This document shows, piece by piece, positions 54,759 to 64,000 of a DNA stretch of 64,000 nt; within the stretch, counting starts at the first letter, position 1, and each line of letters opens with the position of its first letter. This stretch comes from Methanococcus vannielii SB. Its GTDB lineage: Archaea; AGJL01; Methanococci; Methanococcales; Methanococcaceae. Below the pieces are notes generated by a model that was not told the origin of the DNA, did not search any database, and saw only the letters and a list, made by a program, of their open reading frames with translations. A program made the translations under genes and the position numbers. Where the stretch lies: the NCBI RefSeq assembly GCF_000017165.1, contig NC_009634.1, positions 384,249-448,248 of the forward strand, given 5' to 3'.

Positions 54759-56588
54759 ATGAAAGTAATGAAAAAAATTTTGGCAATTTTAATAATCTTA
54801 ATTTCAATTACATCAGGATTTGCATTAAATTTAGAAAATTCGGGATTTAAGCGTTCAATTAATATTACAGCCCCTGCAGTTTCTTTAACGGATGAAGGTT
54901 ATGTTGGAGCACCGGTTAAAATAGAGGTTATAGTTTCGTTTGGAAATGGCCATACATTTATGGATACCATGCCACTTACGGAACTTGATATGCAAGGTTC
55001 TGCAAGAATAGCTTCAAAAGTTGCGTTTGATTTTTGCGGAAAAGAAAAAAATGAATATGACGTTTATTATATCATTCGTTCTGAAGTTCCAACAGTTGGA
55101 GGCCCTTCTGCGGGAGCTGTTTTAACCGTTGCAACAATTGCTGCAATTAATGGTTGGGAAGTAAATGAAAACGTCATGATGACTGGAATGATAGGCCCAG
55201 ACGGAACTATTGGCCCCGTTGGCGGAATACTTGAAAAAATAAAAGTTGGAAGTGAAATGGGGATTGATTATTTTTTAATACCTTACGGCCAAAGAAATCA
55301 GGTTGATTCCAATAATAACTCAATAGATGCTGTAAAATATGGTAAAAGCCTCGGAATTACCGTAATTGAAGTTAGTAACATTTATGATGCTATTTACTAC
55401 TTTACGGGATATAAAATATCAAAAAGTCATGAAGTTAATCCTATTTTAGAATATAGATATATAAAAACCATGGAAGGGCTTTCAGAGGTAACTCTTGAAC
55501 GTTCAAAAAAAGAACTTGAGGAGCTAAAAACTCTTGATACCAGTAATTTAAATTCTAGTGAAATTACGGAATTTGAAGATGCACTAAAAAGTGCGTCAAA
55601 CCTCATAATTATTTCAAATGAATTTCATTTTAAAAAAGAATACTATGCAAGTACGTCAAGGAGTTTTAACGCACTTATAACACTTGAATCAATCAAAGCA
55701 AAGCATTATTATAAAGATAACGAATCTATAAAAAATTACATTGATGAGGTAGAAAAAAGCGTTTCTTTAAAGAAAGAAAAAATAAAAGACGTGAAACTTA
55801 CAAAAAATAATTTAGAGTATGTTTTCGCTGCAAAAAGTAGAGTTTATGAAGCTTTTGAATTAGTTGAAGAATCTAAAAATAGTTACGAAAATGGAGATTT
55901 AGATTCTGCAATTTATTATGCATCATATGCAAAATTAAGGGCGGAAACTGGAATATGGTGGCTTAATTTATCACAGCAGCCTGATTATTCCGAAGAAATT
56001 GACGAAAAATATTTAAAATACCTTGCAAGGGAATATTTAGATAATTCAGAAATTGTTATTATATATTCTTCGATGTTATTTTCTGAAAAATTATTAAGCT
56101 ATCCTGTAAGGCAGATTGAAGAATCTAAAAAGTACTATAATCAAAAAGAATACCTTCTTTCAATCTCAAAAAGTATTGATGCTTATGTTTATGCCACAAC
56201 AATTTTAGACTATTCGTCAGATGTTGAATATTTAAAAAAATTGGCCGTAAAAAAAATAAATAATGTGGCAGATTGTGGAAATAATTTAGATAATACTACT
56301 TACGTGCCTGTTTCTGCACTTGGTTATTTAGAATACTCCAATAGTTTAGAAGACAAATATTCAAAGGTCCTTTATTTAAAATATGCAACTGCATTTGCAC
56401 AGATGAATATTGATATATTAAAAGAACTTGAAAACTTCGAAAAAAAGGATTTTAATGACTTAAAATTAGTTCCTAAAAATTTTGACCCCTATAAAGCCCA
56501 TAAAAATATTTTTACAAACATAGTATACCTATTAGTTGGAATGTTATCTGGATTAATAATTAGGTCAATTTACAGTGGACATGATTAA
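54759..56588 (+). CDS. secreted/membrane-anchored Lon-protease-domain (S16) protein without AAA+ module (COG1750-like archaeal serine protease)
   Basis: Signal peptide (MKVMKKILAILIILISITSGFA). The Lon proteolytic-domain motif GGPSAGAVLTVATIAAINGW...GMIGPDGTIGPVGGILEKIKVG (Ser-Lys dyad region) follows. Then come a ~350-aa helical region and a C-terminal TM anchor (IVYLLVGMLSGLII). Confidence 0.7.
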   Translation: MKVMKKILAILIILISITSGFALNLENSGFKRSINITAPAVSLTDEGYVGAPVKIEVIVSFGNGHTFMDTMPLTELDMQGSARIASKVAFDFCGKEKNEYDVYYIIRSEVPTVGGPSAGAVLTVATIAAINGWEVNENVMMTGMIGPDGTIGPVGGILEKIKVGSEMGIDYFLIPYGQRNQVDSNNNSIDAVKYGKSLGITVIEVSNIYDAIYYFTGYKISKSHEVNPILEYRYIKTMEGLSEVTLERSKKELEELKTLDTSNLNSSEITEFEDALKSASNLIIISNEFHFKKEYYASTSRSFNALITLESIKAKHYYKDNESIKNYIDEVEKSVSLKKEKIKDVKLTKNNLEYVFAAKSRVYEAFELVEESKNSYENGDLDSAIYYASYAKLRAETGIWWLNLSQQPDYSEEIDEKYLKYLAREYLDNSEIVIIYSSMLFSEKLLSYPVRQIEESKKYYNQKEYLLSISKSIDAYVYATTILDYSSDVEYLKKLAVKKINNVADCGNNLDNTTYVPVSALGYLEYSNSLEDKYSKVLYLKYATAFAQMNIDILKELENFEKKDFNDLKLVPKNFDPYKAHKNIFTNIVYLLVGMLSGLIIRSIYSGHD

Positions 56589-56665
56589 AAATATAAATAG
56601 TCGTAAAGCATAGAATATTTTCATAATCTGATATTTAAATATTCTATTTATTAAATGGTGATATT

Positions 56666-58210
56666 ATGGAATCATACGTATACTCTAACGAAATTATTAA
56701 AAATTCTTTAAAAGCGATGAATCTACCAAAAAATGTGAGAATATTTGATACCACTTTAAGAGATGGAGAACAAACCCCAGGTGTTTCTCTAACGCCCGAT
56801 GAAAAGATAGCTATTGCAGAAAAGCTTTCTGAAATTGGGGTTTCGGCAATTGAAGCTGGTTTTCCAGTATCTTCAGAAGGTGAACGGGAATCAATAAAAA
56901 AAATAGCTTCCCTTGGACTTGATTGTGAGATATGCGGGCTTTCAAGGGCTGTTAAAAAGGACATAGATGTTGCAATAGATTGCGATGTTCAAAGTATTCA
57001 TACATTTATTGCAACATCGCCACTGCATAGGGAATACAAGCTAAAAATGAGTAAAGAACAAATTATCGAAACTCTCGTAAAATCGATTGAATACATTAAA
57101 GAACATGGAATAACTGTTGAATTTTCAGCAGAAGATGCAACTAGAACGGAACTTGAATACTTAAAAGAGGCTTATAAAAATGCGGTCGATGCAGGAGCTG
57201 ACAGGATAAACGTTCCAGATACAGTTGGAGTAATGGTTCCAAATTCGATGAAATATTTAATATCTGAATTAAAAAAGGATATAAAAGTTCCAATATCAGT
57301 TCATTGTCATAATGACTTTGGACTAGGGGTTTCAAATTCTATTGCAGCAGTGGAAGCAGGAGCACTACAGGTACACTGTACAGTAAATGGACTTGGTGAA
57401 AGGGCAGGTAATGCATCTTTAGAAGAAACAGTAATGTCATTAGATATGATTTACGGAATAGACACAGGAATTAAAACAGAAATGCTAACAAAACTTTCAA
57501 AGCTTGTTTCACATTATACGGGGATTAAAACTCAGCCTAATAAAGCTATTGTTGGTGAAAATTCGTTTGCCCATGAAAGTGGAATCCATGCACACGGTGT
57601 TTTAGCACATGCATTAACTTATGAGCCAATTGACCCTGAAATTGTTGGAAACAGGCGGAGAATTGTGCTTGGAAAACATAGCGGGGCCCATGCAATAAAA
57701 TCCAAACTTTCCGAAATTGGCGTTGAAGTTGGAACAAGCGTTTCAAATGAGCAGTTTTCTGAAATCGTTGAAAGGATAAAATCTATTGGCGACAAAGGAA
57801 AAATAGTAACTGATGCAGATGTAATGGCAATAGCAGAGGACATTACCAAAAGAACCTTAAAATCACAAAGAATTGTTGACTTAGAGCAGTTTGCAGTAAT
57901 TACTGGAAACAACGTAATACCTACGGCAAGTGTTGCATTGAAAATAAAAGACCAAGTTTATAAAAAGTCAGAAATTGGTGTTGGGCCAGTTGATGCTGCA
58001 TTAAAAGCAATTCAAGCAGTAGTTGGTGAACATATACGGCTAAACGAATACAGTATTAACGCAATATCCGGCGGAACCGATGCAATTGCGGAGGTTACGG
58101 TAAGACTTGAAAATCATGAAAAAGAAGTTATTGCAAAAGCTACAAGCGATGACGTTGTTAGGGCCTCAGTAGAAGCAGTGATTGATGGAATAAATAAACT
58201 AATGGAATAA
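56666..58210 (+). CDS. LeuA-family synthase paralog (514 aa): 2-isopropylmalate/homocitrate/citramalate synthase
   Basis: [17 protein letters not shown] and [13 protein letters not shown]. It is the second paralog in the window, ~45% identical by eye to the 14866 gene. The start may be the internal MNLPKN at 56720. Confidence 0.9.
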   Translation: MESYVYSNEIIKNSLKAMNLPKNVRIFDTTLRDGEQTPGVSLTPDEKIAIAEKLSEIGVSAIEAGFPVSSEGERESIKKIASLGLDCEICGLSRAVKKDIDVAIDCDVQSIHTFIATSPLHREYKLKMSKEQIIETLVKSIEYIKEHGITVEFSAEDATRTELEYLKEAYKNAVDAGADRINVPDTVGVMVPNSMKYLISELKKDIKVPISVHCHNDFGLGVSNSIAAVEAGALQVHCTVNGLGERAGNASLEETVMSLDMIYGIDTGIKTEMLTKLSKLVSHYTGIKTQPNKAIVGENSFAHESGIHAHGVLAHALTYEPIDPEIVGNRRRIVLGKHSGAHAIKSKLSEIGVEVGTSVSNEQFSEIVERIKSIGDKGKIVTDADVMAIAEDITKRTLKSQRIVDLEQFAVITGNNVIPTASVALKIKDQVYKKSEIGVGPVDAALKAIQAVVGEHIRLNEYSINAISGGTDAIAEVTVRLENHEKEVIAKATSDDVVRASVEAVIDGINKLME

Positions 58211-58432
58211 GTACCCAATTAAACTAATGGAATAAGTACCCAATAAAACAATTTAAATCATTTAAAACATTTTTATAATTTTTCAGTTAAAAGTATGTTA
58301 AAAAGTAGTATTTATAATTTTAAAGCCTAACTATTTTGCCATGTAAATATCTGGGTGACTTAATATAAGAAAAATAAAGGAATTGTAGAACAAATCATCG
58401 CCACCCCGATGAATAATGCTACCAATTTTCTA

Positions 58433-58993
58433 TTATTCACGGTTCCCTCTCCGTAACTCTAAATAAGATCTCTTTTCTAATTTGTCAGTACTAATATTTA
58501 AACTTTTCAGTAAGTCCAAAAGTTCAAATAATGCACTTTCTCGTTCAAAATTATTAGATACTACTTTTTCAATTTCCAAATACTTTCCAACATCTAAAAC
58601 ATCATCAAAAGAAACTTCTATGTCTTCTTTTTGATATATTTCCCTAACTTTTTTAATTGGCCTTACGGGTTTAAAACCTAATTTTTCAAATATTTTATGC
58701 ATTGAATTCACTTCAAAAACTTCCACCTCAATTTCTTCCCTTGTTTTTGAGATGCCATCTAATTTTTTACCCTTATATGTAACATATATCTTTTCATCGT
58801 TTTTTCCAACAGTTTTTGAACATCTTATCCGTAACGCTTCGTCAGTAATTTGAAAATCCCTATCAATGCCATTAAAGTAGGTATCAGTTTGTTCTTTTAT
58901 TTCTTTTTTTAGAAAACCCATTTTTAATAGACTTTCAAGTATTTTTTCAGGATTTTCATTGCTTAAATTTACCTTTATTTCTACTTCAATCAT
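58433..58993 (-). CDS. CYTH-domain protein (CyaB-type adenylyl cyclase / triphosphate tunnel metalloenzyme family)
   Basis: N-terminal EVEIKV (ExExK motif) and a beta-barrel CYTH pattern. The start ATG overlaps the stop of the upstream regulator (ATGA). Confidence 0.72.
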   Translation of the reverse strand: MIEVEIKVNLSNENPEKILESLLKMGFLKKEIKEQTDTYFNGIDRDFQITDEALRIRCSKTVGKNDEKIYVTYKGKKLDGISKTREEIEVEVFEVNSMHKIFEKLGFKPVRPIKKVREIYQKEDIEVSFDDVLDVGKYLEIEKVVSNNFERESALFELLDLLKSLNISTDKLEKRSYLELRRGNRE

Positions 58994-59424
58994 ACTAACA
59001 CCACTTTTTCTGCAATACCTTCTAAATTCTCTTTCAAATCATTAAATTCAAGGTTTTCAATAACTAACCATATTACAACCTTATTTCCCTCTTTTTCAAG
59101 GGTTGTTGAAAGAATATTCCCATTTATTTCAGAAATTTTTGAAGAAATACTTGCTAAAAGCCCTATTTTATCATTTGCAACTACCTGAACCTTAATTGTA
59201 ATTAAATTTATATTTTTCTTCTTTAAAACATATTTTCCTTCATTAGTTAAAAAAACTCCGCCTGTTTTTCCTTTTTTGGTATCTACAAATCCCAAATCCC
59301 TTAAAACTCGGATATATCGGTCAATATTTTTAGGATGGGTTTTTAATTCCATTGCTATTTCTTTTGTAGTAGTATATTTTTCAAGAATAGTCAAGATTTG
59401 TTCTGTTATTCCATCAATCTTCAT
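58990..59424 (-). CDS. HTH-ACT transcriptional regulator (wHTH + C-terminal ACT-like ligand-binding domain)
   Basis: N-terminal wHTH (TTTKEIAMELKTHPKNIDRYIRVLRDLGFV). The C-terminal segment VQVVANDKIGLLASISSKISEINGNILS is ACT-like. It is translationally coupled to the CYTH gene. Confidence 0.65.
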   Translation of the reverse strand: MKIDGITEQILTILEKYTTTKEIAMELKTHPKNIDRYIRVLRDLGFVDTKKGKTGGVFLTNEGKYVLKKKNINLITIKVQVVANDKIGLLASISSKISEINGNILSTTLEKEGNKVVIWLVIENLEFNDLKENLEGIAEKVVLV

Positions 59425-59697
59425 AATTTTCCACGACTTTTTCCAAAATTGTAATTAAATTTATATTTTTCTTCTTTAAAACATATTTTCCTTCATTAGT
59501 TAAAAAAACTCCGCCTGTTTTTCCTTTTTTGGTATCTACAAATCCCAAATCCCTTAAAACTCGGATATATCGGTCAATATTTTTAGGATGGGTTTTTAAT
59601 TCCATTGCTATTTCTTTTGTAGTAGTATATTTTTCAAGAATAGTCAAGATTTGTTCTGTTATTCCATCAATCTTCATAATTTTCCACGACTTTTTCC
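59194..59697. repeat. perfect tandem duplication, 2 x ~253 bp, covering the 5' end and promoter-proximal region of the HTH-ACT regulator gene
   Basis: Sequence 59194-59446 is repeated exactly at 59447-59697 (e.g. ttgtaattaaatttatatttttcttctttaaaacatattttcc ... ttccacgactttttccaaa). Confidence 0.9.
59414..59677 (-). CDS. truncated duplicate of the HTH regulator (HTH only, 87 aa) created by a 253-bp tandem duplication
   Basis: The first 78 aa are identical to the 58990-59424 product, then LEKVVENYED*. The DNA is 100% identical to the adjacent copy. Confidence 0.45.
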   Translation of the reverse strand: MKIDGITEQILTILEKYTTTKEIAMELKTHPKNIDRYIRVLRDLGFVDTKKGKTGGVFLTNEGKYVLKKKNINLITILEKVVENYED

Positions 59698-59843
59698 AAA
59701 TGACTTAAATAAAATTATCCGTAATATGCTATAAAATATAATATAAAATATATTATCTAACACATATATGTAATATATTAAACATCTTTTTCTTAATGTT
59801 ATCGATAAAAATTATGTAAAAATTACACGAAGGGGGAAAATTC

Positions 59844-60379
<536 letters not shown>

Positions 60380-60390
60380 GTAGATAATTC

Positions 60391-61884
60391 TTAAATCACT
60401 TTATCAAGTAGTGAAACTATATTCATTACAGGAATTTCTTTTTTAAAACTGTTTTCTTCCATGTATTTTTTCAAGCTGTCCCTAACGTGATATTCGCAAA
60501 ATGGGCATACCGTAATTACATAATCTGCATCTGTTTTATATACCATATTTGCTTTTCTTTTCCCGATTAAAGCTGCAACTTCTGGCTTTCCAGAACGAAC
60601 TCCCCCTCCTGCACCGCAGCACTGGTCGGGAATTTCCATTTCAACAAATTTTAATTTTGGAATGCTTTCTAAAATTTTCCTAGGTTCAAGATATACTTTT
60701 TGACCTCGTCTCAAGTGGCATGGGTCGTGGTAAGTTACTGTAATATCTAAAGGCTTATACTCAATTAATCCAACTTCTGTTAAAATTTCAGTAATATCCT
60801 TTATCTTAAACTCTTTTTCTTTGTAATCATTCTTTAAAGTGCTTCCGCACCCTGCACAAAGAGTAACAACATAGTCAACATTTAACTTATTAAAAATTTC
60901 GAGGTTTTGTTTTTTTAACATTTCTGAGATATCCGTCTGACCAGTTCTAATGTATGGGGAACCGCAACATACCTGTAACTTTGGAATTACTACTGAAACA
61001 CCATGTGCATTTAAAACCCTTACTGCACTTTTTCCAAGTTCTAAAAGTCTAAAATCGACCAAACATCCTGTAAAAAATGCAACACGCAATTTTTCATTTT
61101 CTACAAAATATTCATCTTTTACTTCCTCTAAAAATGAAGATTTATCTTTTGGAATTGACCTTTTTTGGAGTAATGCGTTTTTTCTAACTTCTAAATGGCT
61201 TTCAAGATTGTATCCTTTTTTAAATGTCTTTTCCCTTAATTTTTCAACTACATTATGTACAATATCGATTTCTTTTGGACAGACTTCAACACATCTACCG
61301 CAAGTTGTACAGTTATAAATATTTTCGTTAAATGCATCGCTTTCCCGTTTTGAATCATCTCTTTTGTCAAAAGCAAACCTTGCAAGCTGTCTCATAAATG
61401 TAGGCCCAGGATAATTAGAATATTTTCTCGCAGGACACATTGAAATACAGCTTAAACATTCAATGCATCCTCTAATCGATTTAACATCTTTAATATCGTT
61501 AGGATATATCTTTAAATTTGATAGTTCTTCAAGGTTAGGTTTACCGTTTTTTTGCTGAATGTAATTTTTCAATGTTCCTAGTTTTTTATAGTACGGACTT
61601 CTATCAACTACGAGGTCAATAATAACGTCAAATCCATCTAAGGGCTCAATATACATTTTATCTTCAACTTTTGTCTTACATGCAAGCCTTGATTTTTTAT
61701 TTATTGTCATTGCACAGCTCCCACATTGGCCTGCCCTACAGGATACCCTAAACTGTATATTTTCGCCGTAATTTTTATTAATATATTCTAAAGCGTCAGT
61801 TACAGTTATTTTTTCAGGTACAATAAATTCTTTAAATCCTTCGGTTTTTTTCACGTTTATTTTAACTGTGTTCACACGTATCAA
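60391..61884 (-). CDS. tfrB: thiol:fumarate reductase subunit B (TfrB): SdhB-like Fe-S domain fused to HdrB-like CCG domains
   Basis: N-terminal 2Fe-2S ferredoxin motif (CRAGQCGSCAM) and 4Fe-4S motifs (CIECLSCISMCP; CTTCGRCVEVCP). C-terminal CCG motifs ([16 protein letters not shown]). 497 aa. Confidence 0.8.
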   Translation of the reverse strand: MIRVNTVKINVKKTEGFKEFIVPEKITVTDALEYINKNYGENIQFRVSCRAGQCGSCAMTINKKSRLACKTKVEDKMYIEPLDGFDVIIDLVVDRSPYYKKLGTLKNYIQQKNGKPNLEELSNLKIYPNDIKDVKSIRGCIECLSCISMCPARKYSNYPGPTFMRQLARFAFDKRDDSKRESDAFNENIYNCTTCGRCVEVCPKEIDIVHNVVEKLREKTFKKGYNLESHLEVRKNALLQKRSIPKDKSSFLEEVKDEYFVENEKLRVAFFTGCLVDFRLLELGKSAVRVLNAHGVSVVIPKLQVCCGSPYIRTGQTDISEMLKKQNLEIFNKLNVDYVVTLCAGCGSTLKNDYKEKEFKIKDITEILTEVGLIEYKPLDITVTYHDPCHLRRGQKVYLEPRKILESIPKLKFVEMEIPDQCCGAGGGVRSGKPEVAALIGKRKANMVYKTDADYVITVCPFCEYHVRDSLKKYMEENSFKKEIPVMNIVSLLDKVI

Positions 61885-62020
61885 CCCTGAAATTCAGATA
61901 AAAAAAATAATAAATTAATAAATTTGAATCTAGATTAAATTATATTAAGGTAGTATATAAAAATGGCATATTAAGACTTGTTGTTTTAACGTTTAGAGTA
62001 AGAAATAAAATAATATCAAT

Positions 62021-62068
62021 TTCTTTAAAAAAATTTTTAATGTTATTCTTTAAAAAAATTTTTAATGG
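62021..62068. repeat. 22-bp perfect direct repeat x2 (ttctttaaaaaaatttttaatg), 4-bp spacer, in the tfrB upstream region
   Basis: Copies at 62021-62042 and 62047-62068. Confidence 0.8.
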
Positions 62069-62076
62069 TATATATT

Positions 62077-63039
62077 TTAGAATATAATTCCAATATTAAG
62101 GCCAAAAATAAATAAAAGGTAAATAATAACAAGTATCAAACCATCAAATCTCGTAATTTTCGATAGGCGGTTGTCAATCTTTTTTAAATGTAATATTCCT
62201 TTTATTTTTTCTTTATTCATCAATATAACTAATAAAAATACCATTAAAAAATTTGTAACTAGTTCAAATTTAAATACTGGAATTTCTGAAATTAGTGCAG
62301 CAATTGCTAGTGCACCGCATGTATTTATGATGTTACTTCCAATGATATTTCCAATTACAATCCCACCAAGTTTTTGCCTTGCAGCAGCAACCGAAACAGA
62401 AAGTTCAGGTAGCGACGTTCCAAATGCAACAATTGTAAAACCAATAATTTTTTCGGAAATTCCAAATGCACTTGCAAGACCTTTTGCACCATCTACAAAG
62501 AATTGACTTCCAAATACAACAATTGCTAGCCCGATTAAAAGATAAAAAATCGATTTTTTGAAAGTAGTATCTTTTTCGTGTTCTTCATTGTCTGCTTCAC
62601 CAGTTTTTATTGTATATACTAAATAGAACAAAAGTAACAGGATTAAAATTAGTCCATCAAAGCTTGAAAATCCATTGTATCCAAGTGTAGTTAAAATTAG
62701 CGTGTAAACTAAGTATAAGTAACCATTTTTTACAACTGACTTATTTTTTATGAATACTGAAGAAATAATTAAACTTAATCCTAAAACGAGGCCAATATTT
62801 GCAATACAGCTTCCAAGGGCATTTCCTAAAGCTAAATCAACTGAACCTGTAGATGCTGCATATGCACTTGTAAATATTTCAGGTAACGACGTTCCAAATG
62901 CAACAATTGTAGCCCCAATTACAAAGCTTGGAATTTTAAATTCCTTTGCAAATCGTGATGCACCTAAAACAAACCAGTCACTACCATATGACAGCATCAA
63001 TAAACCCAATGCTAAAAAAAGCACTGATTCAAAAAGCAT
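62077..63039 (-). CDS. CaCA-family Na+/Ca2+ exchanger membrane protein (YrbG-like)
   Basis: Two alpha-repeat motifs (GNALGSCIANIGLVLG; GNIIGSNIINTCGALA) and ~10 TM segments. Confidence 0.85.
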   Translation of the reverse strand: MLFESVLFLALGLLMLSYGSDWFVLGASRFAKEFKIPSFVIGATIVAFGTSLPEIFTSAYAASTGSVDLALGNALGSCIANIGLVLGLSLIISSVFIKNKSVVKNGYLYLVYTLILTTLGYNGFSSFDGLILILLLLFYLVYTIKTGEADNEEHEKDTTFKKSIFYLLIGLAIVVFGSQFFVDGAKGLASAFGISEKIIGFTIVAFGTSLPELSVSVAAARQKLGGIVIGNIIGSNIINTCGALAIAALISEIPVFKFELVTNFLMVFLLVILMNKEKIKGILHLKKIDNRLSKITRFDGLILVIIYLLFIFGLNIGIIF

Positions 63040-63076
63040 ATTTTCACCATAAAAAAGAATAAGGTATTATAAATCT

Positions 63077-63970
63077 TTAATAGTACATTTCATACGACTT
63101 ATAAGATTTAAAACTTTCTTTTATATCCATGTTTTCAGAAATTCCTTTTCCAAACCCGTATCCAAAACTTGTTGCGATATTATTAAGCGTCATGCCAAAA
63201 AACCCGATAGAACTACTTTTTTTGTATTCATAGATTCTTGGTTCGGATATTTTTGCAAATTTACATGCCATATCAATTGCATCTTTTTCAGTTCCAACTT
63301 GGTCTATGAGGCCTGCATTTTTAGCCTGTAACCCGTTATAAATTTTTCCGTCAGCCGCAATCAATGTTTCATTTATTGTCATGTTCCTATTTTCTGCAAC
63401 CATTGAAATAAAATCAAAGTACATTTCATCAACAATTGATTCAAGCATTTTATATTCTTCTTCAGTCATTGGCCTATTTGGCGTTCCAATGTTTTTATAC
63501 TTTCCACCGGTTATACTTGTTGTATTTACGCCCAGTTTTTCCATGAGGCCATAATAGTGCAATAATTCCATTCTAACCCCTATACTTCCAACAAGGGATT
63601 GTTTTTCTGCAACGATATAATTTGATGATGATGCCGCCATGTATGCGCCTGAAGCCCCAATTGTTTCGATGTATGCCACAACTGGCTTTTTTTCGGAAAC
63701 TTCTTTAATTTTTCTTGAAAGTTTTTCACTTGCAACAACTTCCCCTCCAGGAGAATTAATTTTAATGATAACTGCTTTTATATTATCATTATTTTCAACT
63801 TCATCAAGCCATTTTATATAATCTTCAACACCCGTCGTTCCAGTGCTTAATAATCCTGAATCACTACCTTTTAAAAAGATAGCACCATCTAAATTTATCA
63901 TTGCAATATTATTTGAAAAGGACGTATCAAAAGATACAACTGCCAAAATCCCAATCAATAATAGCCCCAT
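63077..63970 (-). CDS. sppA: signal peptide peptidase SppA (S49 family, 36K type)
   Basis: N-terminal TM, then the ClpP/crotonase-like S49 motifs (IKINSPGGEVVASE; catalytic Ser region GASGAYMAA). Confidence 0.85.
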   Translation of the reverse strand: MGLLLIGILAVVSFDTSFSNNIAMINLDGAIFLKGSDSGLLSTGTTGVEDYIKWLDEVENNDNIKAVIIKINSPGGEVVASEKLSRKIKEVSEKKPVVAYIETIGASGAYMAASSSNYIVAEKQSLVGSIGVRMELLHYYGLMEKLGVNTTSITGGKYKNIGTPNRPMTEEEYKMLESIVDEMYFDFISMVAENRNMTINETLIAADGKIYNGLQAKNAGLIDQVGTEKDAIDMACKFAKISEPRIYEYKKSSSIGFFGMTLNNIATSFGYGFGKGISENMDIKESFKSYKSYEMYY

Positions 63971-64000
63971 AATAACAAATGCAGCTGCTGAATAGGTATA

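Noticed and set aside
59414-59677. Treating the HTH-only ORF as an independent conserved small regulator gene
   Set aside because: It is 100% identical at the DNA level to the adjacent gene's 5' end, including non-coding upstream bases, so it is a duplication product rather than an independently evolved paralog. It is retained as a low-confidence feature only.

Overview
This window is AT-rich (about 30% GC) and densely packed with archaeal housekeeping genes. The gene content points to a Methanococcales methanogen, probably Methanococcus maripaludis-like. The evidence is: A1A0 ATP synthase with a triplicated proteolipid, MCM, RPA with four OB folds and a zinc ribbon, HdrCB, TfrB, a methanogen-type YcaO, CysRS, and an archaeal histone. 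This taxonomic call is inference from the sequence; no database search was run.

About 59 CDS are supportable:
- pyrC (partial at the window edge), an RluD-like pseudouridine synthase, gltX, xth, a solute-binding lipoprotein, carB (unsplit, 1081 aa)
- a Cys-rich radical-SAM-like protein, a long-form archaeal histone, a Ddh-like dehydrogenase, a CBS-domain protein, lysC, a LeuA/CimA-family synthase
- a hypothetical ORF followed directly by mcm, argS, a NFACT/RqcH homolog, a DUF106 (Oxa1-superfamily) protein next to adkA, rpa
- a 976-aa HEAT-repeat protein, tmk, an nfeD-stomatin pair, rlmH
- the complete ahaHIKECFABD operon plus three small downstream ORFs
- a NYN-domain protein, surE, an HTH regulator, hdrC-hdrB, DUF167, ycaO, a DUF523/DUF1722 fusion
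- cysS, an IMPACT/YigZ-family protein, a secreted Lon-domain (S16) protease without an ATPase domain, a second LeuA-family paralog
- a CYTH enzyme translationally coupled to an HTH-ACT regulator, moaC, tfrB, a CaCA exchanger, sppA

Other features are a tRNA-Ala(GGC) gene, a heavily frameshifted FAD-oxidoreductase pseudogene between that tRNA and cysS, a (TAA)~25 microsatellite, and a perfect 253-bp tandem duplication that creates a truncated copy of the HTH regulator. Several short tandem direct repeats sit in promoter regions.

I found no CRISPR array, transposase or integrase, and no obvious defense island. The most interesting items are accessory or odd features scattered among core genes:
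- a bacterial-type RluD plus RlmH pair
- a Ddh-like dehydrogenase
- a possible GINS-like ORF co-transcribed with mcm
- the secreted Lon-like protease
- the HTH-ACT/CYTH module with a fresh duplication
- a likely frameshift in nfeD
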